Part shown: positions 37,683 through 50,285 of the stretch, one piece after another
Layout of the letters: each line of letters starts with the position of its first letter
How positions within the stretch are numbered: position 1 is the stretch's first letter
Source: Tubiluchus corallicola
Lineage: Eukaryota; Animalia; Priapulida
NCBI GenBank assembly: GCA_030141605.1
Contig: JAQGDQ010000758.1
Span: forward strand, 1-64,000
Length of the DNA: 64,000 bases
Direction: 5' to 3'
Made by a program: the position numbers and the translations under genes
The notes under the pieces: generated by a model
Database searches by the model: none
What the model was told of the DNA's origin: nothing
Seen by the model: the letters and a program-made list of their open reading frames with translations, nothing else

Positions 37683-38213
37683 GCGGGATGCCCACACTGT
37701 ATCTCGACACTAGGCGGAGGAGCTGCACAACCAGCCAACAACTAGAGGGCGGAGGAGGTCAAGTGTAGAGGAGTAAACCTTCCAATTCAGGAGTGGAGTC
37801 CCGAAGGTGGACCAGTGCAGCATGCTCACTGACTCCGGCAGCTCCTGCAGCCAACCTGGTGCCAAACGTATCGCTTTGCTTTCCTTTGGACTACACCAGC
37901 GAGGAAAAGGGAGGGTTCCTGTTGCCTGGGCAACTCAGGATCTCCATACACCTTGCCCAGGCGTGCGCCCTGGAGAGGCCACTCCAGTTCAATCCGGTTC
38001 AAGTATCGGATTGCTCAACCACAGTCGATGCTGCACTCCATCAATGTGATTAATAACTGACTCTCTTGTTGCACACTCCATTGTCTTCCGAGACAGAAGG
38101 ATGCTAACAATAAAAATGCCTTGGTGCAATGGTTAACATGGATATCTGTTGTAAGCTTAGGGGGAGGGGTTGTGGCAGTGGGTGTCTATGACCGAGTGGT
38201 TTCGCAATAGAGG

Positions 38214-38990
38214 CTGAAGCTGAGTCAGTTTGCTACTACAGATGACAGTAAATCAGCTAGCTTGGCTGAGTTGAGTCAGTTTGCTACTACAGATGACAGT
38301 AAATCAGCTAGCTTGGCTGAAGCTGAGTCATTTGCTACTACATCAGCTGCCTTACCCTGTAAATCAGCTAGCTTGGCTGAAGTTGAGTCAGTTGCTACTA
38401 CATCAGCTGCCTTACCCTGTAGATCAGCTAGCTTGGCTGAAGTTGAGTCATTTGCTACTACATCAGCTGCCTTACCCTGTAGATCAGCTAGCTTGGCTGA
38501 AGCTGAGTCATTTGCTACTACATCAGCTGCCTTACCCTGTAGATCAGCTAGCTTGGCTGAAGTTGAGTCATTTGCTACTACATCAGCTGCCTTACCCTGT
38601 AAATCAGCTAGCTTGGCTGAAGTTGAGTCATTTGCTACTACATCAGCTGCCTTACCCTGTAAATCAGCTAGCTTGGCTGAAGCTGAGTCATTTGCTACTA
38701 CATCAGCTGCCTTACCCTGTAAATCAGCTAGCTTGGCTGAAGCTGAGTCATTTGCTACTACATCAGCTGCCTTACCCTGTAGATCAGCTAGCTTGGCTGA
38801 AGCTGAGTCATTTGCTACTACATCAGCTGCCTTACCCTGTAGATCAGCTAGCTTGGCTGAAGTTGAGTCAGTTGCTACTACATCAGCTGCCTTACCCTGT
38901 AGATCAGCTAGCTTGGCTGAGGCTGAGTCATTTGCTACTACATCAGCTGCCTTACCCTGTAGATCAGCTAGCTTGGCTGAAGTTGACTGA
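38214..38990. repeat. 60-bp minisatellite, about 12-13 copies
   Basis: catcagctgccttaccctgtagatcagctagcttggctgaagctgagtcatttgctacta repeats in register with the 60-nt lines. Confidence 0.97.
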
Positions 38991-40253
38991 GTTTTCAGCT
39001 GAGTTGGCTTAAAGAAAAAGATCTGCTAAGTCAGCTAAAGCTACGAATTTTTGTTAAATAAAGAAATGATAAATTGTTAGGTAACTGTTAAATTATGGAG
39101 ACAAATTTTTTAAATAATTCGTGTTGCTTTTACACGGAAAGAAGCTGATGTACAAATTCAAATAATGCATCACTGAGTAATTTTTTATTATTATGAAAAG
39201 CAACAGATTTATTGCAAATATAATTTAAGTCCAACTCTTGTCGATGCTTATCTTGATTACCGACGAATCAAAACCAAAACACCTGATCCCATACGTGTGA
39301 CTAACGTTGCCTGTTTGAAAATATTAAAAATGGCACCGCTGGCTCTTCGACCAAGCACGCAGGTTTAACGAAGTAACATGTGGGTAATATTAATCAGGAC
39401 CACATTGGAAACGAATTACTTCAGGTGTTATCTGTGTATGAAATTATTATTATTATTATTATGCGATGTCGTAGTAGCATCAGCAGTAGTAGTGGCTGCT
39501 CGTGTATAGGTACTGTGGAACTGCAGCACCCCCTATTTTAACTCGATGTTATCGATAATATTCAATACAATAAGTCTTTTTCTTTAGTTCTTTCTTTATG
39601 CTTGTATGGTCCAGAGCACGTGAGGGTAGTACTGTTTCATTCACAGCCCAGCACAGTGCGCTCCAGCAACTCGGTGTTTGGCTGTTGTGTGCGTGTCTCA
39701 ACACGCTGTACTTGCTAGCACTGTTGCTAGGTAGAGAAAGTACTGGCGCTCACACAGTTTGTTGTCAGGCATACCGTGTACTGCCATATTCTCAAATTGC
39801 GGCAATTTAGACTATTCGTAAGCAGAAATATTTTTTGTTTAGGATTTCATCAAGTTTATGTATAAATTTTCGTATGTTTGTTTGTTTAAAATTACAATTA
39901 CAAATTACACATGTTTGTTTTGTTTTACATTGTATTAAAACAATGGCTAAAAATTTTCTGAAGTAGCGCCCCACTAATTTTAGCCATGAGCCGCCACTAG
40001 GTATAGTCAGTACCTTTTGCCCCCCTCCCCCCTAAAAAAATTGCTGACATTTTGAAGCAGGTAACCTACGCTAGGTTCTCTTACTGCCCATCAAGCAATC
40101 TAAAACAACTTTCGGCAAGTGTTTGAAGTGTACTGTAGCCTTTTTCCACCTGAAACAGTCCACGATAACACTACCTTGCTGTTATCGTAATCTCTTGCAT
40201 TCTCCACATTTTGTGGCTGTGACAGAAGTAACATTTGTCGGTATTTTTTTCAG

Positions 40254-40376
40254 TGATATTGCAATTACGTTGCTGGGCTCTGTGAGGAATTACATTGTAG
40301 ATCAAGTGACTGCTTTATTAGACTGCCATTTTCAGCCAACAGATAATGATGATATTCGCTACAATCCATCCATAAA
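40254..40376 (+). CDS. MAP3K4: MAP3K4 exon 12
   Basis: tttcag|T completes FC-DIAITLLGS (vertebrate FCDIAGMLLKS); phase 2/2. Confidence 0.9.
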
Positions 40377-40432
40377 GTACGTGCATCTTGTCAGTATGTT
40401 GTAATCTTGCCATGCTCTGTTACGAGAATGTT

Positions 40433-40466
40433 GAGAGAGAGGGAGAGAGAGAGGGGGGGAGAGAGG

Positions 40467-40498
<32 letters not shown>

Positions 40499-41063
40499 TG
40501 AGGGGAGGGGGAGAGAGGGAAAGAGAGAGAGAGGGAGAGAGAGAGAATGTGAGAGGGGGAGAGAGAGAGAGAGAGGGTGAGGGGAGGGGGAGAGAGAGAC
40601 GGAGAGAGAGAGAGAAAGAGAGAGAGAAAGAGAGTGAGAGAGGGAAAGAGAGTGGAGAGAGAGCAGGTGAGAGAGATAAAGAGAGAGAGAGAGAGAGAGG
40701 GTGAGGGGAGGGGGAGAGAGGGAAAGAGAGAGAGAGGGAGAGAGAGAGAATGACAGAGGGGGAGAGAGAGAGAGAGGGTGAGGGGAGGGGGAGAGAGAGT
40801 GAGAGGGTGAGGGGAGGGGGAGAGAGAGAGACGGAGAGAGAGAGAGAAAGAGAGAGTGAGAGAGGGTGAGGGGAGGGGGAGAGAGAGAGAGGGAAAGAGA
40901 GTGGAGAGAGAGCAGGTGAGAGAGATAAAGAGAGAGAGAGAGAGAGAGGGTGAGGGGAGGGGGAGAGAGGGAAAGAGAGAGGGAGAGAGAATGAGAGAGG
41001 GTGAGGGGAGGGGGAGAGAGGGAGAGAGGGAAAGAGAGTGGAGAGAGAGCAGGTGAGAGAGAT

Positions 41064-41105
<42 letters not shown>

Positions 41106-41190
41106 AGAGAGAGAGGGAGAGAGAGAGGGAGAGAGAGAGAGAGAGAAGGGCGGGAGAGAGAGAGAGGGAGGGAGAAATAGAGTACAAGAG

Positions 41191-41247
<57 letters not shown>

Positions 41248-41280
41248 AGAGAAATGAGAAGAGAGAAAGAGAGGAAAAGA
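40433..41280. repeat. About 850-bp polypurine (GA/G)-rich tract
   Basis: Seen directly; internal block gggaaagagagtggagagagagcaggtgagagagataaa occurs three times. Confidence 0.97.
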
Positions 41281-42154
41281 TGAGTAGGGGAAAGTTAAAT
41301 GTTGCTATTAAATTTCTTTGTCTCTCACACCCGGGGGAAGTTCCGTATATCAACTTGAGTTTTTAAATTAGCAACTTTTTCTTTGCATTGTCAGCTGCTT
41401 AATTAGCTGGTGTGTCACGTGCTTTATTTTTAAATTTTTTTTAAATCGATGACCGTTAGGCACAGCTATTTTGTTGGTAGGTCGTTTGAAACAAGTTTAG
41501 GTAGCATTGCATAAAATTTGCAAACATAATTAGAGCATTCTTTGCAGAACACACGTCACTAAGTAAATGTTTAAATTACTTTGTAAGCCTTTTCACAGTT
41601 TCATAGTTGCTGTAGTCAAAGGTTACACAGCAACACATCTTAACTACAAATGCCACGTGACATGTAGCTAAAGCAAAGCTGTCTGCCACATCAGTTCAGT
41701 TACCTTTAGTTGAACTTTATTTAATTATACAACCGTTACATCACGTGTATAAAGCAAAGCCGTCTGAAGCATCAGTACCATAGTGTTCAGTAACTTCAGT
41801 TGTTTGACGTAGACTTTACTGAATTATGCATTAGTCTGTGCGTAGATTGATTTACTAGCAGAATCTTGCTTAGGAACAAGAAAAAATGAACTAGGTAAGG
41901 TTCTAGCTAGCTGTTAAACTGTTACTATTACAGTAGCATGGACTGCGAGGTATTGTCAAGTGTACACAAATGTGTTGTCTGGTACACTTAACCTATGACC
42001 TTTTCACGATCATCATCAATCGCTAGAACTGTGAAAAAGCTTATTTTCTGTAGAAAGCAAAACAGTGCACGATCTTGTTTAAGGTTAAAATTTGTAACTT
42101 TGTCGTTCATCCGTAAATGTGTTTCGCTAAAGTCACGTGACGTTTTTTCCCTAG

Positions 42155-42338
42155 GAAGAAGATGCAGGAATCGTGTCGCAACTTTCGATCGTTGATAACG
42201 GAATGCCGAGCGCGCTGCATCAATGCCCTGGGATTCTCGAAGATGCTGCGCAGCGACCTAGAAATCGCCGCTGCCTTTACCGTTTCCATTCCAACGGAGG
42301 TGCTGCTGAGTGGCCTGATCAGTACTGGACATATACGG
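42155..42338 (+). CDS. MAP3K4: MAP3K4 exon 13
   Basis: ALGFSKMLRSDLEIAAAF (vertebrate ALGFAKMLRKDLEIAAEF). Confidence 0.97.
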
Positions 42339-42574
42339 GTAATTTTAATGTCTTTTCATGTTTTTGTACATACAGATGTAAACAGAATGAGATCACTGTT
42401 GAGAAATTTTGTTGTGGTTGTGTATTTAGTATTTGAAGTTAAACTCAATTCTCAACTCACCTCAGGATAACCTATAACTCAACTCTACTTAGTCTAATTA
42501 AACTTATTCTTTTAAGTCAAACGAAATCAGTTGTAGCTTTTCGTTTTCAACTTATCACTCAACTCAACTAGGCC

Positions 42575-43028
42575 TCATCTCATCTTGACTCAACTCAACT
42601 CGTTTTTACTCAATCCAACGCTCGGTATAATTCGTCTGTCATTCTATCAGTTTTTATGTTTAACTAAACTCAAAACCTTCCTCCAAAATGAATGAGATTT
42701 TGCCTTGAGTCAACTCAACTCATCTTGACTCAACTCAACTCGTTTTTACTCACTCCAACGCTCAGTATAATTCGTCTGTCATTCTATCAGTTTTTACGTC
42801 TAACTGAACTCAAAACCTTCCTCCAAAATGAATGAGATTTTGCCTTGAGTCAACTCAACTCATCTTGACTCAACTCAACTCGTTTTTACTCAGTCCAACG
42901 CTCAGTATAATTCGTCTGTCATTCTATCAGTTTTTACGTCTAACTGAACTCAAAACCTTCCTCCAAAATGAATGAGATTTTGCTTTGAGTCAAACTCAAC
43001 TCATCTTGACTCAACTCAACTCATCTTG
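42575..43028. repeat. 140-bp tandem repeat, about 3.2 copies
   Basis: ctcatcttgactcaactcaactc at 42579, 42719, 42859 and 43000. Confidence 0.9.
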
Positions 43029-43551
43029 AATGAAAAGATGGCAAAAATGAAACAAATCCCTCCTAGATTTATCGCTTACTATAAACTTCTGTTATTCTTA
43101 ATAGTTGCCGTAATTTTAGAGTTTTCAGAGTTTGCTTTTAGCAAAGCTTCTTCCACATTTTTTATCCAAATTCTGCATATAGAAACCTGTATATGTGAAC
43201 AGATATAAACAGAATGACGTTACTGTTGAGAAATTTTGTTGTGGTTGTGTACTTAGTATTCGAAGTTAAACTCAATTCTCAACTCACTTCACAGCATAAA
43301 CGTCATCTCCATGTGCTAGATAAAGCCACGTTCACATGCACACCTGAGAAGTCTACTCTCCAGCCAGCATTACGTTTCATTTCACCACAGCCCTGTAGTA
43401 CAATATTATAAGTGTACTTATGATTGTAATGCTTCTTATCAAATAAAAATCTTGTTTAAACTATCACTGGTTACCTGTTTGTACCGACCTGCAAACTCTA
43501 ACCGTTCTTTTCAAGTGCTTCCGGTATTTATTGTCGTTAAACATTCCGCAG

Positions 43552-43681
43552 GTCCTGGCTTCGAGTACGGTCGACTATTTCATGCTCATCCCGGGGAAAC
43601 TGAAAGAGGATACAGGACAGATCCTACTCCTGCTAAATGCAGTCTGCGGAAGGGAAGATTGGAGCCCCGGCACACCAGCAG
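43552..43681 (+). CDS. MAP3K4: MAP3K4 exon 14
   Basis: ccgcag| ... FMLIPG...ILLLLNAVCGRE ... G|gtgaga, phase 0/1. Confidence 0.9.
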
Positions 43682-44698
43682 GTGAGAGAGTATCTCCGTA
43701 TTTCTGCTGCGTTATACGTCCTCATTTCCATTTGCATTATTTTGCTGCGTTAGTTTAGTTGTTTTGCTTTAGACTTTGTTATAATGTCGTCTGTTGCATA
43801 TTAACATTTTAGTTTTTAACTTTGTTTAAATGCGCACTAAACCAAGTTTGCATTCGATTTTTTATTTATTTGTTTTAAAGGAAAACAGGACGAGTTTTTA
43901 TATCCTACCCCACTTTGTAGTACGGCGCAAAAAGTATACATTCTAACACCTATAATAATGCTAGAGTGTTTCTGATAATTAAAATAAAATGTTGAAAATT
44001 TCATTAAATGTGGGCGAGCCCAACTATAGATGACATCACAACTGAACATAATTTTCAACAGCAAAAACATTCTATGAGCGTGTTGCATGCGCTACAGCGT
44101 AAGTTTGAGTTTGATGTAGAAAAAAAATCCGTGAATCCAAAAATCCAAAAATCAGATTTCATATTTACTGCTGTACTCATGCGTGCGCTCTCAGTCATTT
44201 GCACTACATCACAACTGAACACCTCTAAACTGAGAAGTACTGCATCTGTTTTTTGCAATGCATTTCGGAGATGAGAACTAGCCGTGCAAAGATTTGTTAC
44301 GTTTCCTGGTAATAATCTTTTCACGAAAGTCATTGTTGAAAAAATGGTTTGTTCACTTTCAATATTTTATAGGCTAAAATGTGGTCTGGTTTTCCTTTAA
44401 TTTTTCAACCATAAAATGTTGTTTGTATTAGTTGTTTTTTGTAGTTTCTATTATATAACTTTATTCTTGAGTATTGTGAGTAACATATGTCTATGTTAGT
44501 ATGTAGTTTTGACTTTGTACATCACTTGCACTTTGTATGTAAGCAGATTCGCCAGTTTGGACATTCTGTAAGAACGTGCCGCTCCATCGATTGTTGCTAC
44601 CCAGGAAAGAAGACGGTACTAACACTGTAGATAGCTTTTTCCTACTGCTAAGATGTGTGTTAATCTAACCTGCTTTGTGTGTAAAATAACTTATCAGC

Positions 44699-46444
44699 CA
44701 GGGATGTTACCGAAACTGAAATTACAACCGAATGCGAAATTTATGAAACTCAGCAAAATGAAATTACAGCGAAAACCGAAATTTATGACACTGAGGAAAC
44801 TGAAATTACAAACCGAAACCGAAATTTATGAAACTCAGGAAACTGAAATTACAAACCGAAACCGAAATTTATGAAACTCAGGAAACTGAAATTACAAACC
44901 GAAACTGAAATTTATGAAACTCAGGAAACTGAAATTACAAACCGAAACCGAAATTTATGAAACTCGGGAAACTGAAATTACAACCAAAACCGAAATTTAT
45001 GAAACTCAGGAAACTGAAATTACAAACCGAAACCGAAATTTATGAAACTCAGGAAACTGAAATTACAAACCGAAACCGAAATTTATGAAACTCAGGAAAC
45101 TGAAATTACAAACCGAAACCGAAATTTATGACACTGAGGAAACTGAAATTACAACCAAAACCGAAATTTATGAAACTGTGGAAACTGAAATTACAAACCG
45201 AAACCGAAATTTATGACACTAAGGAAACTAAATTACAAACCAAAACCGAAATTTATGACACTCAGGAAACTGAAATTACAACCGAAACCAAAAATTATGA
45301 AACTCGGGAAACTGAAATTACAACCAAAACCGAAAATTATGAAACTCGGGAAACTGAATATACAAACCGAAACCAAAAATTATGAAACTCGGGAAACTGA
45401 AATTACAACCAAAACCGAAATTTATGACACTGAGGAAACAATTACAAACCAAAACCGAAAATTATGAAACTCAGGAAACTGAAATTACAACCAAAACCGA
45501 AATTTATGACACTCAGGAAACTGAAATTACAACCGAAACCAAAAATTATGAAACTCGGGAAACTGAAATTACAACCAAACCCAAATTTATGACACTGAGG
45601 AAACTGAAATTACAAACCAAAACCAAAAATTGTCAAACTCAGGAAATTGATAGCAAGACGAAACCGAACCGAAATTTTTGCGAAGCCAACTAATATGAAA
45701 ACTTAAAACATTCTGAAATAAATAAAATACTTTGTTTTTGCTTGTTTGTTTATATTTGCTCTGATATAAGCTTGATGAAGTGACTAGGCAAAAAATCCTA
45801 ATCAGAACAAGTAGAACGACATTTTTGGCTAAAGATGACGACGCTTCAAAAAGATTGGCATGTTTGATTTCCTAAAAATTTTATCGCCTGCATTTCGTAA
45901 ATTATAAAATTAAACTTGGTTTTAATCAAATTATGCTTTGATATTTCGGTTGACTATGCCTGGAAACCTTAAAGCTTTACTGTCGTCAACGTTGAAGATA
46001 TGCCGCGTTGGCTTTGAAAAAGCGTGCTACAAATGGTACATGGAAGTGGTGCTGACAAGCCACTGGTGTAGCAGTGTCTAGTTTTTTTTTGCTGGATTAC
46101 TGCTGCCTTTACCTGTCTGAAGGCAGATTTCTTTTATTTTAGAATTCTGCCTTCCCAATGTCTACAATGATGATGATGATGATGATGATGATAATGATGA
46201 TGATGAAATGGTGCAAAAAGTTAAATGAACGGAATTTACGCTTTATTTGAACTTTTCAGCGATTTTTAACATCTAGAAAAAAGGGTTCGCTGCATAAATA
46301 CTGGGCAAAACCTCGGAAAAATGCTACCAAAAGTTACCAAAAGTTTCGGCTACGAAAGTAATAATATTGCACGATAACAAAACTCACCTGAAAGCGCAGT
46401 TATCGGCAAACCGAGGTGAAATTTTCGTTTAGGTAACATTCCTC
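44699..46444 (+). mobile_element. hAT-like element (1746 bp) with an expanded subterminal array and a nested retro-insert
   Basis: TIR cagggatgttaccgaaac / gtttaggtaacattcctc; 8-bp TSD TTATCAGC/TTATCAAC. Confidence 0.8.
44709..45680. repeat. 41/42-bp minisatellite (gaaactgaaattacaaaccgaaaccgaaatttatgaaactcag), about 23 copies
   Basis: Seen directly. Confidence 0.95.
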
Positions 46445-46771
46445 TTATCAACTCGCATAATCGCCCCAATTTTGGCGCGTTTGGGTCGCCGTCATCATTC
46501 GTCCAACTGCATTACCTATTTCTGAATCTCAGACAAAATTAATACATCTGCCAGTCTATCATTGTCTTATTAATTAAAAATCACTGCTAATTATAATGCT
46601 TGTTTACTTGCTGCCATCATTCTGTCATTGTCTATTGGGTGGCTCAGAAAAAATGTGCTGAAGTTTGATGTATATATGTATATGTGGCTTGTGTGAAAAT
46701 TATAAAATTGTCATTATTCTGGGTGAAGGTAAAAGCGCAATTTTTACATCAATGTTCAAGTTTTTGTTATT

Positions 46772-47392
46772 GTGTTCTTGCACAGCAAAATCGTCCATAA
46801 GTTGGCAGTTGAGCTTTTCTAGTTATTCACATATCCTGAATCTCCATTTCGTGAGGATCATTTTGATACCAAGTTCATTGCTCTATGTTATTTCTAAACT
46901 GAGATAATCCACATTGAAGTTGAGTTGCAGGCTGCACACTGAAAAACAATCTTGAGAAAATCGATGTTACAGTTAGCCATTGTTTTTTGTCGCATCGCTG
47001 TAAAACGCTTAGCAACCGTACGAAAGTGTGGATTGCTATGGATTTTACAAGAGCAAATTGAAGTTATATTTAAATCCAGTAGATGGCTCTTCCTGACGAA
47101 GATCTGGGCTTGTGAGCAGAAAAAACCCGAAGCAAAATGGCTGCTTCCACAAACTACAATCGGAATTAGAAAACACAAGTTTTTTTTACAATTGCAGTAC
47201 TAGTTTATAGACAGAAAAGTGGGTAAGGAGTTATAAAATTAGATTTTTATTATTTTTTGAACATTTTCCAGATAATTTGATGCTAGAATATTAAAGTCCA
47301 ACTTATTTAGCGGCGGTTTTTGTAAAAAAAGAAATGAGATTTGACCAAATTAACTATGCCGACTTATGGAAGGTCTTGGTTTGCAAGCACAC
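46772..47392 (-). mobile_element. Family C TIR element, inverted copy
   Basis: Reverse complement of 19263-19909. Confidence 0.8.
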
Positions 47393-47423
47393 GTTTTAGA
47401 TGGGCAGTCTTGTTAATAATCTG

Positions 47424-47606
47424 CAGTGAAACTCTTCATCCACTTTGGGACTGCTAAAAAAACTTGGCCTTAAGCCAGTTTCACATTATAAAAGGTGCAT
47501 TAAGACGTACATTTCTATGCAAATGTAGACATTTTGTTTTGCTAAAAATTTGGGCATTTACCGGGGTCGGTTTTTATAAAAGGGGCTCTGTAATGAGGTT
47601 TCACTG
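47424..47606. mobile_element. Small Tigger-like MITE
   Basis: cagtgaaactc ... gaggtttcactg|ta. Confidence 0.6.
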
Positions 47607-47978
47607 TAACTGAAAAATTGAAAAATTAATTCTTAGAGACGGGCTGATTCCCTGACTGACTGATTGACTCACTAATGCAAAATGTCCCTTGTATTTGTAT
47701 CTGACTGTTTTCCATTAATTGCAACACGCTGTACTTATGTACCTCATATTTTTTCTTAATACTTTTCTTTGTGCATTATAAGTTTTCTGTGTGGGCAAAG
47801 CTTTAAGGCAACAAAGTTTTTGCTGTACATTTGGTATTAATTGCTAAATGATTTTTGTTTTGAGTAATATGTTGTGTAAGCTTATTGGAAAGGCTTGTAT
47901 TCGTGACCATCTCAACGTACATTTTATTAAAGAAAAACCTTCCGTGTTACAGATCTTACTCTGCACTAGCAAACTTAA

Positions 47979-48760
47979 AGGACAAAAAAGGGGCACCTGA
48001 TGTAGATTTCAGAAAAATTTCCTTAAAATATTATATTACTTTACAGCAATTTTATACGTACATCGTACTCGCGTTAAAAGGAATTTTTCCTTGTCTTCAT
48101 TTTAAAATCCCCCAACACTGTTCCGACGGCGCCATTACATGATGTCATATACGTACAACCTAAACCAGAGGAAGAAAATGTTAAACTATGTCCCAAAAAA
48201 CTTTCCATGAAAAGTTATTTTACTTAGCATTTCGCTTACCTGTTGGAAAGAATCATGTAACTAGAAAAGAAAATTATTAATTATTTAAAATGTTTTCACC
48301 AATTGGTAAAATGTCACTGACTCACCCTCCAGGGTGCACCACTCACTAACCAAAAACGTTAACTTTAATCTTATTGACAAGATACAGTAATTTTAAATTT
48401 TACTTATTTAGTGACGTGTGCGCCACGAATGCTCTGATTATTTTTTCAAACTTTACTCAGTGTTATCAAAACTTGTTTCAAATGACCTGTCGACATAGCT
48501 GCGTCTGACAGTCATCGCGGGAGTTTAAATTTACACGTTTTATACAGCGTGACTGCCGATGCAAGCTCTGTGTGCAAAAAGGCAGTATGTAAGTGGTATA
48601 AAATTTTAAGAGGAATTTCTTAAGTTTTATGTTCAAATTTTTCTTACAAATTACTCTAATCTGAAAAGGGCAGCTGATTTGATGACCAATTGGTCTTTCT
48701 CTACCCTTTAAATGTCTTGCACTCCCCTAACAATTTAAGTGGAGGGTTTTCTTGTGTCTC
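47979..48760 (+). mobile_element. Family A Kolobok-like element with an insert of about 100 bp near its right end
   Basis: Matches 8163-8802; the insert contains the aaggg..gaccaattggtc..ccctt hairpin also seen at about 29910-29953. Confidence 0.8.
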
Positions 48761-48822
48761 AAAGTTGTTTGCATAAGAAATTAAAATGTTGCCAGTAAAA
48801 ATCAATGGAAGTTTCTTTGCAG

Positions 48823-48992
48823 ATTACCCCCTAGTGAGAAGCAAAAGTAAGGTGGGACTTAGCAATACGGCCGAGAATAGAGGGTACCTACTGCTGGTCA
48901 AGAACACTAACGTGGCCTGGCCCGGGGAGACAATCACAGTGGAACCGAGCACCGACACGCTCATCGCTTTGTCCCGCATCAACATTGTGGAC
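48823..48992 (+). CDS. MAP3K4: MAP3K4 exon 15
   Basis: tttgcag|AT ... GYLLLVK...WPGETITVEP.TDT ... |gtgagt. Confidence 0.9.
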
Positions 48993-50135
48993 GTGAGTGA
49001 AACGTTTGTCTTTCGTCTTTTCTTCTTAACTCCTTTGGAACCGTAAGCGTTTGCTGCATTTTGTGCGGGTTCAGGAAAAACTGCTCTCACTAAGCAGCGA
49101 TTTCTTTAAATTTGATAATTTTCGTAAGTTTCTACTCCTCACACAATGGATTTTCATGCAAAATTTTATTTGAATTGCATTTGCTTACCTTAGACAAATT
49201 AAAAATCGATTTTTGCAAATCACTAACTGCAGTGTTTGCACTGTAACAATGTACAGTATCACTTGTGTGAAATTGGCTAATGCAGAAAATTTCACTTATC
49301 CAGACACAACACTCTGACACACTTTACACTCAAGTCTATTCTATTTTGAAGGAAAAATTTTTGTTAAAAGATGTAAGTGTCTTAATTTCTCCTTGGCTGA
49401 TTAGTTGGTTTTTCCTGGAATAGCAGCTGAACACTGCACAGCTCAGGCTGTATCAAGCAGGTGATCAATAAAATAGTGTGTACGATCACGCAAGTGTACA
49501 CCAGACTAAGCTACTCGATAAGCTAAGTTAGAGTGCCTGAAAATGGCGTTTTTGTTAATTTTATCTAATTAAATCATTTATAAATGTTTAAACGAATAGC
49601 AAGATTGGATAGCCGAGATTCTCCTCAATAGAACAGTACTTAAATTGTAATCGTTTAGTTATGTCTGTGCTCATACAGTAGCAGAAAAGTTCTTGGTCTT
49701 ATAAGACATGTTTTGAATCGTGCGTTTCCTGAAGGAGTTAATTTATTCCTTGGCAGACATGCAGTGAAACCTCTATACCGCGTACTTTGTACTGCAAAAG
49801 TTGGCATAAGTGAGTTTGACATTATAACTAATTACATTAATACATACATCTCTATGCCAATTGTTGTTTGTTGGGTGGGGTGGTTTTGGGTTTGTTGTTT
49901 TTGTTTTTTGTCAAACTCAATTTATAAAACTACTATGTAAAAATTCAAGTTTAGTATCGTATTATGTTATTTTTCTGGAGTTTGTTACCATACCAATGCT
50001 GCAAATTAGTTAATCCACTTCTAGGTGCTGCAAAAGTAAATGTTGATTAAAGGTAGATATTGCAAGCACTGTCGAAACAGTGCGTAGTTATACAGGTTGT
50101 GATAGTTTGTCTTATACTGTTTTTATGTCATTTAG

Positions 50136-50285
50136 ATGGATTCCCTGTATTTAGTTGTGATATCTTCGGCTCATCTTACTGAACAATGCAAGTCGTTTAT
50201 AGAGATCATTGGATCATCGGTGCAGTTGTACAACGAACAAATGTCGTGTCATCAAGAAATCTCACAGGCACTCGGCCATCTAAAG
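50136..50285 (+). CDS. MAP3K4: MAP3K4 exon 16
   Basis: MDSLYLVVISSAHLTEQ...EQMSCHQEISQALGHLK (vertebrate VDNLLLVVMQSAHLTIQ...ALQQLK); |gtagga. Confidence 0.95.

Noticed and set aside
40391-41353. 320-aa Ser/Leu ORF and related ORFs (also 57872-58327)
   Set aside because: GA/CT tract artefacts
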